In this document: positions 44,150 to 55,645 of the stretch, piece by piece
Layout: every line of letters begins with the position of its first letter
How positions within the stretch are numbered: position 1 is the stretch's first letter
Source: Muribaculaceae bacterium
Lineage (GTDB): Bacteria; Bacteroidota; Bacteroidia; Bacteroidales; Muribaculaceae
Length of the DNA stretch: 64,000 nt
Direction of reading: 5' to 3'
NCBI GenBank assembly: GCA_036661515.1
Contig: JAVWYO010000001.1
Coordinates: forward strand, 8,691-72,690
Position numbers and translations under genes: made by a program
Notes under the pieces: generated by a model
What the model saw: the letters and a program-made list of their open reading frames with translations, nothing else
Told to the model about the DNA's origin: nothing
Databases searched by the model: none

Positions 44150-45547
44150 ATGATCACCCGTCACAACGAATTATGGGATAAATGTCTTGAGATTTTCAAA
44201 GACAATTTACCTGAGCCACAATATGTAGCGTGGTTCAAACCTATAACATCATCAGGATTTGATGATGGGAAGCTTGTGTTGAGTGTGCCATCGCAATATT
44301 TCATTGAACAAATTGAAGGACGATATTTTAATTTACTTTGTAGTACTATAAAGAGAATCTATGGTGCATCAGTTAAACTTACCTACACATTTACTGTGGT
44401 TAAGAATGAACCTGATACTATTATTAATATAGCAGGGTCGAATGATAGCTCTATCATTGGGAATAAAGTAATACGTCAAAATCAAGGACCAAGCGATCCA
44501 TTTAGTAAGGTAAAATATGATGATATTGATTCTCAACTTAATGCAAAATATACATTTGAGAACTATTGCGGAAGTCTTAGCAATCAATTGGCACTAAGTA
44601 TAGGCGAAGCTATCGCTACAAAGCCCGAATGCAAGACTTTTAACCCTCTTCTTATATTCGGTCCTACTGGTGTCGGAAAAACGCATTTAGTGCAAGCTAT
44701 TGGCATAAAAATAAAAGAGAATCAACCATTGAGTAGAGTGCTTTATCTAACAGCTCGTGTATTTGAAAGTCAATATACAACTGCTGTAAGGAATAATAGA
44801 GTTAATGACTTTATTAATTTCTACCAAAGTATAGATGTGCTTATAATGGATGATATTCAAGAGTTTGCTGGAAAGACAGCTACCCAGAATACATTTTATC
44901 ATATCTTTAATCATCTACATCAAAATCAAAAGCAATTAATTTTATCGAGTGATTGTCGCCCTGTTGATATGGACGGGTTTGTTCCTCGATTAATGTCTCG
45001 TTTTAAGTGGGGTGTAACAGCAGAGCTTTCTCAACCAGATTATAGCTTACGTCGTAATGTACTTACACAAAAAGCGAGTCAAGATGGGCTATCTATTCCA
45101 ACAGATGTCCTCGATTTTATTGCTGATAATGTTACTGATAGCATAAGAGAACTTGAAGGTATTGTTCTTTCATTAATGACACGAGCTACTTTCCTGAATC
45201 AAGAGATTTCTATTGATAGTGCTCGTGCAGTAATTTCTAATGCGGTAAAAATATCTAAGCGTCAAGTCAATTTTGAATATATTACAGAAGTTGTTAGCAG
45301 CTATTTTAATATTGATTCCGACAAGATATTTGGGAAATCAAGAAAGCGTGAAATATCTGATGCCCGCCAGGTTGTGATGTTTTTAGCTAAGAAATTTACT
45401 AAATTCTCATCAACTACAATAGGATTAAAGCTATCAAGAAATCATGCAACAGTACTTCACGCATGCAAAACAATTGAAGAGCGTTTATCAATTGATAAGA
45501 CTCTACAAGGTGACCTCCAAAAAATAGAAAGCGAGCTAAAAAAATAA
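44150..45547 (+). CDS. dnaA: chromosomal replication initiator DnaA
   Basis: 465 aa with the Walker A motif GPTGVGKTHL, Walker B LIMDDIQ, and a domain IV HTH (ARQVVMFLAKKFT...RNHATVLHACKTIE). Confidence 0.95.
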   Translation: MITRHNELWDKCLEIFKDNLPEPQYVAWFKPITSSGFDDGKLVLSVPSQYFIEQIEGRYFNLLCSTIKRIYGASVKLTYTFTVVKNEPDTIINIAGSNDSSIIGNKVIRQNQGPSDPFSKVKYDDIDSQLNAKYTFENYCGSLSNQLALSIGEAIATKPECKTFNPLLIFGPTGVGKTHLVQAIGIKIKENQPLSRVLYLTARVFESQYTTAVRNNRVNDFINFYQSIDVLIMDDIQEFAGKTATQNTFYHIFNHLHQNQKQLILSSDCRPVDMDGFVPRLMSRFKWGVTAELSQPDYSLRRNVLTQKASQDGLSIPTDVLDFIADNVTDSIRELEGIVLSLMTRATFLNQEISIDSARAVISNAVKISKRQVNFEYITEVVSSYFNIDSDKIFGKSRKREISDARQVVMFLAKKFTKFSSTTIGLKLSRNHATVLHACKTIEERLSIDKTLQGDLQKIESELKK

Positions 45548-45554
45548 GAGCAAA

Positions 45555-46325
45555 TTAGAATTTTGTATTAACTGGAAATGCAAATCCTTGTTGCTCGATA
45601 AAATCGTAGTAAATTTTTGAGAAATATTCATTATTAGCTTTCGTGTATCTTACATCTGTGAAAACTTGTGCTAATGTTTCTTTATTATTCTCTTCAATAT
45701 ATTTTTTATTTTCTTTCATATTCTCTTTTGAAGAATAAAGTTCTGCAATAGTCTTTGCGCAATAGTCATTATAATTTTCCACATGTAAAATAGCTTCTAA
45801 CGGAAGACGTTCAACCTGTTTGGTTTCAAGACTTTTCATTGTAGGGTATCCCACCGTAATTGTTGTTACAGGAACTACCATTTTAGGTAATTCTAATATT
45901 TTAGCAATTTCAGGGGCGTTATATGTAGTGGTACCGAGATAACAACACCCAAGACCAGCTTGCTCGGCAAGCGTATTAAACTGTTGGGCAAATGCTACTG
46001 TATCTAAAAATGCTGAAATAAATGATTGGAAATTATTATATCCTGGAATAGCTGAGTTATCTTCACACCATTTTATAAACCTATTAAAATCAGCACAAAA
46101 TGTTATTATAACACTTGCACCTGTTACCGATGGCTGATTAAAGTGAGCTGGTGATAGGAGGGCTTTCTTTTTAATATCACGTGTTAATATAGCACTATAA
46201 AGTTGCATGTTTCCAGTCGTTGGCGCGCGCATAGCATCTTCTAATAATGAATATATAACATCATCACTAACATCAATATCAGAGTAATCTCTTATCGTTT
46301 TACGTTCTTTAAAATAGTTATTCAT
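45555..46325 (-). CDS. nitroreductase-family NAD(P)H oxidoreductase
   Basis: 256 aa with the N-terminal RKTIRDYS...MRAPTTGNMQ pattern. Confidence 0.8.
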   Translation of the reverse strand: MNNYFKERKTIRDYSDIDVSDDVIYSLLEDAMRAPTTGNMQLYSAILTRDIKKKALLSPAHFNQPSVTGASVIITFCADFNRFIKWCEDNSAIPGYNNFQSFISAFLDTVAFAQQFNTLAEQAGLGCCYLGTTTYNAPEIAKILELPKMVVPVTTITVGYPTMKSLETKQVERLPLEAILHVENYNDYCAKTIAELYSSKENMKENKKYIEENNKETLAQVFTDVRYTKANNEYFSKIYYDFIEQQGFAFPVNTKF

Positions 46326-46346
46326 ATAGTTACATTGTTTTTGTTA

Positions 46347-46354
46347 CAAATATA
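46347..46354 (-). promoter_or_regulatory. -7 box for the nitroreductase gene
   Basis: Minus-strand TATATTTG, 21 nt upstream of the ATG. Confidence 0.45.
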
Positions 46355-46459
46355 TTACATCTGAATATAATATCATAATTAATTGCAAAAATATAATTTC
46401 ATAAATATTACAAATTATATTTTCGGAAAACTTTGTAAAAAATATAAATGCCTATTACG

Positions 46460-46478
46460 CTATATATCAGATATATAG
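46460..46478. promoter_or_regulatory. perfect palindrome CTATATAT-CAG-ATATATAG in the nrdJ upstream region
   Basis: 8-bp arms with a 3-nt spacer, about 160 nt upstream of the nrdJ GTG start. Confidence 0.3.
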
Positions 46479-46636
46479 TATTTTGTTTTGGAAAACTTAT
46501 TAACAACGTAATAAATTTAGCATTCAATATTTGTATATCTAATAAATTGTTTGAATCTTTGTAGTGTTCTCGAAAAACATTTTTACTTTATTACTTTTTA
46601 TTATTATTTAATCTAACAGTTTTATAAATCTCTAAC

Positions 46637-49162
46637 GTGGAAAAGAAAACTTTCACTTATGAAGAAGCATACAATGCTTCTCTAAAGTATTTTAATGGCG
46701 ATGAGCTTGCTGCGCGAGTATGGTCAAGCAAATATGCTCTTAAAGATTCTTTTGGGAATATTTACGAGCTTACGCCCGACGATATGCACCATCGCATAGC
46801 TTCTGAGTTAGCTCGTATTGAAGCAAAATATAAGAATCCATTGTCAGAAGATCAAATTTTTGATCTAATTAAAGGGTTTAATTATATAGTACCTCAAGGT
46901 AGTCCTATGTCTGGCATTGGTAACAATTTCCAAGTTGGTTCATTGTCAAATTGTTTTGTAATTGGTGTAGATGGTTCTCCTGACTCATATGGCGGAATCA
47001 TTAAAATCGATGAAGAACAGGTACAACTGATGAAACGCAGAGGTGGAGTAGGGCATGATTTATCTCACGTGCGTCCAAAAGGGTCACCTGTTAAAAATTC
47101 AGCTCTTACATCTACAGGGCTTGTTCCATTTATGGAACGATATTCTAATTCAACACGTGAAGTAGCTCAAGATGGTAGACGTGGAGCTCTTATGCTGTCA
47201 GTAAGCATTAAGCACCCCGATTCCGAATCATTTATTGATGCTAAAATGACCGATGGGAAAGTTACAGGAGCAAATGTCTCGGTACGTCTTGATGATGCCT
47301 TTATGCAAGCTGCAATAGATAATCAATCATACACACAGCAATATCCTATCGAAGGAGATGCAAAAGTGAAAAATGAAATTGATGCTTCTAAACTTTGGAA
47401 GAAAATAGTTCATAATGCTTGGAAAAGTGCTGAACCTGGAGTCCTTTTTTGGGATACTATTATTAAAGAATCGGTTCCAGATTGTTATGCCGACCTTGGG
47501 TTTAAAACAATTTCTACAAATCCTTGTGGCGAAATTCCTTTGTGCCCGTATGATAGTTGTAGACTAATAGCAATTAATCTATATTCTTATGTTAATGATC
47601 CATTTACCTCAAAAGCTCAATTTGACTTTGAATTATTCAAAACTCATGTGGCTTATGCTCAACGATTAATGGATGATATTATTGATCTTGAAATGGAAAA
47701 GATTGATAAAATTATAAGCAAGATAAAGAAAGACCCTGAAACGCAAGAAGTAAGACAAACAGAATTGCATTTGTGGGAAAAGATTAGGACTAAGACATTA
47801 ATGGGACGACGCACTGGGGTAGGGACTACTGCTGAAGGCGATATGCTCGCTGCTGTGGGCTTGAGTTATGGTACTGAACCAGCGACTACATTCTCAGAAA
47901 ATGTACATAAAATATTGGCTTTAGCTGCTTACGGTTCATCTGTAAATATGGCACGTGAGCGAGGTGCTTTTGAAATATTTGATGCCAAAAGAGAGGAAAA
48001 TAATCCTTTTATTAATAGAATTAAGGACGCTGATCCTGCTCTATATGAAGAGATGAAGAAATATGGACGTCGTAATATTGCTTGCCTCACAATTGCACCC
48101 ACGGGGACTACGAGTCTAATGACTCAGACTACATCGGGAATAGAACCAGTATTTCTACCAGTATATAAACGCCGTAGAAAGGTTAATCCAAATGATCCTG
48201 ATATTAGAATTGACTATATCGATGATTCGGGTGATGCTTATGAAGAATATATTGTATATCATCATAAGTTTGTGACTTGGATGACTATTAACGGCATTGA
48301 TCCTAATGCTCATTATACGCAAGATGAACTTGATGCAATAGTCGCAAAATCGCCTTATTATAAATCTACATCAAATGATGTTGATTGGCTTGAAAAAGTT
48401 AAAATGCAAGGTCGTGTTCAAAAATGGGTAGACCATTCTATAAGTGTTACAATAAATCTTCCTTCTGACGCTACTGAAGAACTTGTAAATGAATTGTATA
48501 TACAAGCATGGAAGTCGGGTTGTAAAGGTTGCACCGTTTATCGTGATGGCTCACGTTCAGGTGTGTTAGTTTCAACAAAGGAAGCTCCAGCTCTTGTCGT
48601 TCACCCAGAAGAACATGTGACTAAACGTCCTATTGAACTTGAAGCCGACGTGGTTCGTTTCCAAAATAATAAAGAAAAATGGATTGCATTTATTGGACTT
48701 ATAAATGGTCGTCCTTATGAAATATTCACAGGTCTTGCTGATGATGATGAGGGGATATTCTGTCCTAAAACCATTAATAAAGGTAAAATAATAAAAGCTA
48801 TTGATGAAAATGGCGTTAAACGTTATGACTTCCAATTTATTAATAAAAGAGGATATAAAACGACCATTGAAGGATTATCTGATAAATTTAATCCAGAATT
48901 TTGGAATTATGCTAAGCTCATTTCTGGAGTACTTCGCTATGGTATGCCTATTGATCAAGTATTAAAATTAGTAATTGGTCTTGAACTCGATAATCAGTCT
49001 ATCAATACATGGAAAATGGGAGTAGAACGAGCATTGAAAAAATATTTACCTAACGGAATGAAAGCAAATGGACAATGTTGTCCTAATTGTGGACAAGAAA
49101 CATTAATATATCAAGAGGGTTGCTTAATATGTACCTCATGTGGGACCTCAAAATGTGGATAA
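46637..49162 (+). CDS. nrdJ: class II (adenosylcobalamin-dependent) ribonucleotide reductase
   Basis: 841 aa with a GTG start. Motifs are the catalytic NPCGEIPL, TIAPTGTTS and a C-terminal CPNCG...CTSCG zinc ribbon. No beta-subunit gene is adjacent. Confidence 0.9.
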   Translation: MEKKTFTYEEAYNASLKYFNGDELAARVWSSKYALKDSFGNIYELTPDDMHHRIASELARIEAKYKNPLSEDQIFDLIKGFNYIVPQGSPMSGIGNNFQVGSLSNCFVIGVDGSPDSYGGIIKIDEEQVQLMKRRGGVGHDLSHVRPKGSPVKNSALTSTGLVPFMERYSNSTREVAQDGRRGALMLSVSIKHPDSESFIDAKMTDGKVTGANVSVRLDDAFMQAAIDNQSYTQQYPIEGDAKVKNEIDASKLWKKIVHNAWKSAEPGVLFWDTIIKESVPDCYADLGFKTISTNPCGEIPLCPYDSCRLIAINLYSYVNDPFTSKAQFDFELFKTHVAYAQRLMDDIIDLEMEKIDKIISKIKKDPETQEVRQTELHLWEKIRTKTLMGRRTGVGTTAEGDMLAAVGLSYGTEPATTFSENVHKILALAAYGSSVNMARERGAFEIFDAKREENNPFINRIKDADPALYEEMKKYGRRNIACLTIAPTGTTSLMTQTTSGIEPVFLPVYKRRRKVNPNDPDIRIDYIDDSGDAYEEYIVYHHKFVTWMTINGIDPNAHYTQDELDAIVAKSPYYKSTSNDVDWLEKVKMQGRVQKWVDHSISVTINLPSDATEELVNELYIQAWKSGCKGCTVYRDGSRSGVLVSTKEAPALVVHPEEHVTKRPIELEADVVRFQNNKEKWIAFIGLINGRPYEIFTGLADDDEGIFCPKTINKGKIIKAIDENGVKRYDFQFINKRGYKTTIEGLSDKFNPEFWNYAKLISGVLRYGMPIDQVLKLVIGLELDNQSINTWKMGVERALKKYLPNGMKANGQCCPNCGQETLIYQEGCLICTSCGTSKCG

Positions 49163-49190
49163 TTAGATAAAAATACATACTTTATTGACA

Positions 49191-49231
49191 AAAGGGACTA
49201 ATAATTCAAAAAATAATTATTTAGTTCCTTT
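49191..49231 (+). terminator. long hairpin after nrdJ
   Basis: AAAGGGACTAATAATT ... AATTATTTAGTTCCTTT forms a stem with one G-U pair and one bulge. Confidence 0.5.
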
Positions 49232-49323
49232 TGTCTTATATTTTTTTCTTAAATTTAGGGAGAAATTTGTACCTATCAAATTTGTTAATTACTAATATCA
49301 AAATATTAAACAATAACCTATTT

Positions 49324-52002
49324 ATGAAGCTTACATTTAATATAGATTATCGCACAAATTGGGGCGAGTCACTTTATCTTGTTGGAGACATAAAAGAACT
49401 CGGGGAGAACCTTGAGGGAAAAGCACAAAAAATGACATTTAACAGTGTAGAAACCTGGAGTTGCGTTATAAATATTCCAGATGATGCTCCTGATTTCAAT
49501 TATAAATACTTTATAAAAAGAGATGATGGGAGTATAATAATGGAATGGGGTGAGGAACACCAATTTTTAATGCCATCAAATGTATTAACTTGTGATATAT
49601 TTGATCGTTGGCAAGATCAACCATATAATAAACACTATTATTCTTCAGCTTTTACTGATGGAATATTCTCACGCTCCAAAAATAAAATGCCACTACGTTG
49701 CCTACCTGGTAATGTTATGTTGAATATATACGCACCAACGATAAAGCCAGATGAATATTTAGCAATTTCGGGTGATAACGCAGAAATGGATAATTGGAAT
49801 ATAAAAAAGGCTATTCCAATGAATGATCATAATTATCCTCTTTGGAGTGTAAATATTGATATTAAGAAAAATGAACTTCCATTCTCGTATAAGTTTATAA
49901 TCCTGAAAAAAGGTTCTAATAAATTAGTCGCTTGGGAGGACGGAGATAATCGTATTTTAAGTTTTAAACCAACAAAAAAGAGTGATGCAATTATTATTGC
50001 TGGATTAAAATTTCTTAGTAACGCGCCTCAATGGAAAGGTGCTGGAGTAGCAATCCCTGTATTTTCTTTACGTAGTGATGATGATTTTGGAGTCGGTGAT
50101 TTTTATGACTTATATAAAATGATTGATTGGGCAGTTGCAACAGGTCAAAACTTTTTGCAAATACTTCCTATCAATGATACTACAATGACGCATTCGTGGA
50201 CTGATTCTTATCCATATAATGCCAATTCAACATTTGCACTTCACCCAATGTTCCTTAGACTGAATGCGATTGGAACACTTACTGATGCAAAAGAGCAAGC
50301 ATATTATGATAATCTTGCCAAAGAACTTAACGCTTTACCTGAAATAGATTATGAGCGCGTAAATAATGCTAAAAATGATTTTCTTCATAAAATATATAAT
50401 GAAATTGGTGCTAAGACATTAAATGAAGTATCGTTTAAAAAATTCCTTAAAGCTAACGAATATTGGCTTACTCCATACGCTGCATTTTGTGTACTTCGGG
50501 ATATAAATAGTACTCCTGATTTCTCACAATGGGGTAAATTTTCTAAATATGAAGAAAAGGAAATTATTGCATTTTGTGATGAACATATAGATGAAATACA
50601 ATTCATTTTCTTTGTACAATACTTCCTTGATAAGCAAATGCGAGAGGTAAGAAATTATGCACATAAAAAAGGAATCGTAATAAAAGGTGATATTCCAATA
50701 GGTATAAGCAGGACGAGTGCTGACGCATGGGTTAATCCTAAATTATTTAATATGGATTGCCAAGCTGGTGCGCCACCTGATGATTTCTCTGTATTAGGAC
50801 AAAATTGGGGCTTCCCAACATATAATTGGGAAGAGATGAGCAAAGATGGATTTAAATGGTGGAAAGACCGTTTTAAAAAGATGGCAGAATATTTTGATGC
50901 CTATCGTATCGACCATATACTCGGATTTTTTAGAATATGGCAAATCCCTATGGATGCAGTTCATGGATTGCTCGGAACATTTTATCCAGCAATGCCATTC
51001 AATGCCGACGAATTAAGAAATAACTATGACTTTTGGATTGATAAAGACTTACACACTACGCCATATATAATGGATTATTTTCTTACCGACTTCTTTGGCA
51101 GTGATACTGCTGAAGTAAAAGAAAATTTCCTTGTTGATAAAGGTTATGGAAGATATGGCCTTAAAGAATTTGTTAATACGCAGAAAAAAGTTGTTGAATA
51201 TTTCGCAACACAAGATAATAACGAAAGAAATACTACATTAAGAGATGCTCTTTTAGGTCTTATTGATAATGTGCTTTTCATAGAAGATGCTAATATAAAG
51301 AATACATATCACCCGCGAATATCAGCTCAATTTACTTATATATACCGTTCACTAAGCGACTATGAACGATGGTGCTTTGATCGCCTTTATAATGACTTCT
51401 TCTATCATCGTCACAATGATTTTTGGTATGGTAAAGCTATGTGGAAACTTCCTCCACTCATTAATTCCACTAACATGCTTGTATGCGGTGAAGATTTAGG
51501 TATGATACCCGATTGTGTGTCAGCAGTAATGAATTCTCAACAAATTTTATCGCTTGAAATTCAGCGTATGCCAAAAGATCCACGTGCCGAATTTGGAAAC
51601 ACAAACTTTTATCCATATCTCTCTGTCTGCACAACTTCTACACATGACATGGCTGGCATTAGAGCATGGTGGGAAGAAGACCGAGATAAGACACAGCATT
51701 TTTATAATAATGTTCTACATGAAATAGGGACAGCACCATATTTTGCCGAGCCCTGGATATGTGATAAAATTGTAACATTACATTTAAATTCGCCATCAAT
51801 GCTCTCTATTCTTCCACTGCAAGATTGGCTTTCTATTCATGGAACTCTTAGACGAGAAAATCCACTTGAAGAGCAAATCAATATTCCAGCTAATTCTCGA
51901 CATTACTGGAGATACCGTATTCATCACACACTTGAAAAATTATTAAGCGAAACGGAATTTAATAAATATCTTAAAGATAAAATAAAATCGAGTGGGCGTT
52001 AA
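49324..52002 (+). CDS. malQ: 4-alpha-glucanotransferase (GH77) with two N-terminal CBM20-like modules
   Basis: The track start 49231 is a TTG inside the nrdJ terminator. The ATG at 49324 gives MKLTFNIDYRTNWGESLYLVGD. GH77 motifs are ILPINDT, YRIDHILGFFRIWQIP and CGEDLGMIP. Confidence 0.9.
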   Translation: MKLTFNIDYRTNWGESLYLVGDIKELGENLEGKAQKMTFNSVETWSCVINIPDDAPDFNYKYFIKRDDGSIIMEWGEEHQFLMPSNVLTCDIFDRWQDQPYNKHYYSSAFTDGIFSRSKNKMPLRCLPGNVMLNIYAPTIKPDEYLAISGDNAEMDNWNIKKAIPMNDHNYPLWSVNIDIKKNELPFSYKFIILKKGSNKLVAWEDGDNRILSFKPTKKSDAIIIAGLKFLSNAPQWKGAGVAIPVFSLRSDDDFGVGDFYDLYKMIDWAVATGQNFLQILPINDTTMTHSWTDSYPYNANSTFALHPMFLRLNAIGTLTDAKEQAYYDNLAKELNALPEIDYERVNNAKNDFLHKIYNEIGAKTLNEVSFKKFLKANEYWLTPYAAFCVLRDINSTPDFSQWGKFSKYEEKEIIAFCDEHIDEIQFIFFVQYFLDKQMREVRNYAHKKGIVIKGDIPIGISRTSADAWVNPKLFNMDCQAGAPPDDFSVLGQNWGFPTYNWEEMSKDGFKWWKDRFKKMAEYFDAYRIDHILGFFRIWQIPMDAVHGLLGTFYPAMPFNADELRNNYDFWIDKDLHTTPYIMDYFLTDFFGSDTAEVKENFLVDKGYGRYGLKEFVNTQKKVVEYFATQDNNERNTTLRDALLGLIDNVLFIEDANIKNTYHPRISAQFTYIYRSLSDYERWCFDRLYNDFFYHRHNDFWYGKAMWKLPPLINSTNMLVCGEDLGMIPDCVSAVMNSQQILSLEIQRMPKDPRAEFGNTNFYPYLSVCTTSTHDMAGIRAWWEEDRDKTQHFYNNVLHEIGTAPYFAEPWICDKIVTLHLNSPSMLSILPLQDWLSIHGTLRRENPLEEQINIPANSRHYWRYRIHHTLEKLLSETEFNKYLKDKIKSSGR

Positions 52003-52019
52003 TGACCCCTAATAATAAA

Positions 52020-52050
52020 AATGGCTCGCATATTGATTATGCGAGCCATT
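52020..52050. terminator. bidirectional hairpin between convergent malQ and the fadL-like gene
   Basis: Perfect 13-bp stem, AATGGCTCGCATA-TTGAT-TATGCGAGCCATT, flanked by an A-run on the left and T-rich sequence on the right. Confidence 0.65.
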
Positions 52051-52072
52051 ACTTTTGATTTGCGTAGCGTTT

Positions 52073-53413
52073 TTAGAATGAATAGCTAAGTCCTATAGAA
52101 GGACACCATGCGTTACAACTATAATTTCCTACAAATGTTTGTTCTGATTTTTGACCTAAATTAGGGAAGCTCTTAAATATTAAATCCTCATATGTATATG
52201 AAGCATTGTCTGTTCCTAACCCGATGACATAAGAACAAGCTACATCAATAGATAGGCTCTTGATAGGACGAAAAGAGAAACCTAATGAAGGAGCAATTTT
52301 ACTCATTCCAGGTGTCTCAGGATTATAGAATTTATTATCAACAGGTGTGAGATCAAGATTTAAACCAAGACGTGCATCAAAACGTGATGTTACTGCATAT
52401 TCTCCTCCTAATCTAAATGACCATGAATTATGATAATTTTTCACCAAATTTTGATCATAAGCATCGAGTTTGTCACTTAAAAAGTTTACATTAAGTGCCT
52501 TATATGCACTCCACCCTGTAAGTTGAGCATCAAATGCAAGTTCAAGTTTTGTCATAGGACGATAACTAAGTCCAAAATTCAAAGTATATGGCATTGGCAT
52601 TTCTGCTTCAAAGTTAGCTTCATTAATCACACCAAGTGATTTTTGTAGTAATTCTTCGGCTACTTTATTTGCATAATCTACTTTTGCATCTCCTGCCTTA
52701 ACTTTCATTCCCATCTTAGATCTGTAAGATACTCCCACAGTGAGGTCTTTTGTAATATCATACATTGCTCCCACATTAAATCCAACGGCTATCTTTGCAG
52801 TACCTGTTAGGTTAACTGATGCTGGTGTAGTTGAGCCAAAACGATAGTCATTGTGCATAGCGGCTAATAACATATCTACCGATGAAGCATTGACCAATCC
52901 CTTATTCAAATCAACTTTTCCCCAAGCTATCATTAATCCAGCTCCAATAGATAAATTGTCAAGTATTTTCCATGAAACCGTAGGCTGTATTACATAAGTT
53001 TCAAGACTCACACTTTGAGCAAGGTTTGCTCCAACCCAATTTTTTGTCCAATTTATACTACTTCCATAAGGAGTTGTAAATGAAACACCAGCTTTTAGAT
53101 TATCATAAATACTAAATGCTGCATATACATATAAAGGTGTACTAATCTTATTATCTGTTTCAAATTTCTTTCCACCACTTTCACATGTAGCAAATGGAGC
53201 AATCCCTGTTACACCTGCCGACAAGTCAAGAGTCTTGTCCATAAAAGCCATACCAGCAGGGTTAAATTGCATACTCTCCGCACCAAGTTTCATACCAGTT
53301 CCTGTGTGTCCCATACCTAATTGACGAGCACTAAGAGTATTCACTTGATAACCTTCAGCATGTGCCGACATCACTGTGAGCAATGCGATTACAATCGATG
53401 TAATTTTTTTCAT
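52073..53413 (-). CDS. FadL/TodX-family outer-membrane hydrophobic-compound channel
   Basis: 446 aa with a signal peptide, an N-terminal GYQVNTLSARQLGMGHTG hatch motif, and a beta-barrel pattern ending in an aromatic residue (SYSF). Confidence 0.85.
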   Translation of the reverse strand: MKKITSIVIALLTVMSAHAEGYQVNTLSARQLGMGHTGTGMKLGAESMQFNPAGMAFMDKTLDLSAGVTGIAPFATCESGGKKFETDNKISTPLYVYAAFSIYDNLKAGVSFTTPYGSSINWTKNWVGANLAQSVSLETYVIQPTVSWKILDNLSIGAGLMIAWGKVDLNKGLVNASSVDMLLAAMHNDYRFGSTTPASVNLTGTAKIAVGFNVGAMYDITKDLTVGVSYRSKMGMKVKAGDAKVDYANKVAEELLQKSLGVINEANFEAEMPMPYTLNFGLSYRPMTKLELAFDAQLTGWSAYKALNVNFLSDKLDAYDQNLVKNYHNSWSFRLGGEYAVTSRFDARLGLNLDLTPVDNKFYNPETPGMSKIAPSLGFSFRPIKSLSIDVACSYVIGLGTDNASYTYEDLIFKSFPNLGQKSEQTFVGNYSCNAWCPSIGLSYSF

Positions 53414-53441
53414 TAATAAAATTTATTTAATTTTTACGTGA

Positions 53442-53449
53442 CAAAAGTA
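53442..53449 (-). promoter_or_regulatory. -7 box for the fadL-like gene
   Basis: Minus-strand TACTTTTG, 28 nt upstream of the ATG. Confidence 0.45.
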
Positions 53450-53631
53450 ACTACTATTATTCGTTATGAATGCCTTCTTAACAGATTATAGAGTACTTTA
53501 ACCTTTCCTGTTTTTCCTATTGTGTGTCCTAAATGTCGTATTTTAAGCACTTTTCGATATAATATTTAACATTAGCATTTTCATGTGTTAATTCCAAAAC
53601 TATTTAATGCTATAAATCTAAATAAAATTCG

Positions 53632-53639
53632 TACCTTTG
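53632..53639 (+). promoter_or_regulatory. -7 box for the YbiT-like ABC-F gene
   Basis: TACCTTTG, 20 nt upstream of the ATG. It is part of the shared 14-mer CTTTGCACTCTGAT (53635-53648). Confidence 0.5.
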
Positions 53640-53647
53640 CACTCTGA

Positions 53648-55276
<1,629 letters not shown>

Positions 55277-55288
55277 ATTTTAGAAATT

Positions 55289-55582
55289 ATGATAAAACAT
55301 ATTGTAACTTTTAAACTATCGGGAACTAATGCCGAACGTAAAGAAATTGCAACCAATTTCAGAACTGCTCTTCTTGCATTGCCTGCGAAGATTGATGTAC
55401 TTAAAGGAATTGAAGTAGGAATAAATGAAAATTCCAATGAAGAGTGGGATGTTGTTCTAACAGCAATTGTTGAAACTATGAATGATGTGGACATTTATGC
55501 CAAGCATCCAGCTCATGTAGCTGCTGCTGCTCTTCTAAAAGGTCATAAAGAAGCTCGTGCTTGTGTTGATTACGAGATATAA
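55289..55582 (+). CDS. Dabb (stress-responsive alpha/beta barrel) family protein
   Basis: 97 aa with IKHIVTFKL...HPAHVAA, typical of Dabb dimeric barrels. Confidence 0.8.
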   Translation: MIKHIVTFKLSGTNAERKEIATNFRTALLALPAKIDVLKGIEVGINENSNEEWDVVLTAIVETMNDVDIYAKHPAHVAAAALLKGHKEARACVDYEI

Positions 55583-55606
55583 ATTCTACAATATAATATA
55601 AAGAGG

Positions 55607-55645
55607 AATCCTGTATAAGCCATAGAGTCTATGCAGGATTTTTAT
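55607..55645. terminator. hairpin between convergent Dabb and the Uup-like ABC-F gene
   Basis: AATCCTGTATA ... TATGCAGGATT forms an 11-bp stem with one G-U pair, followed by TTTATT. Confidence 0.6.

Noticed and set aside
46326-46636. Possible cobalamin riboswitch in the long nrdJ leader.
   Set aside because: The region is uniformly AT-rich with no GC-rich B12-box-like core. B12 riboswitches normally repress B12-independent RNRs, not nrdJ.
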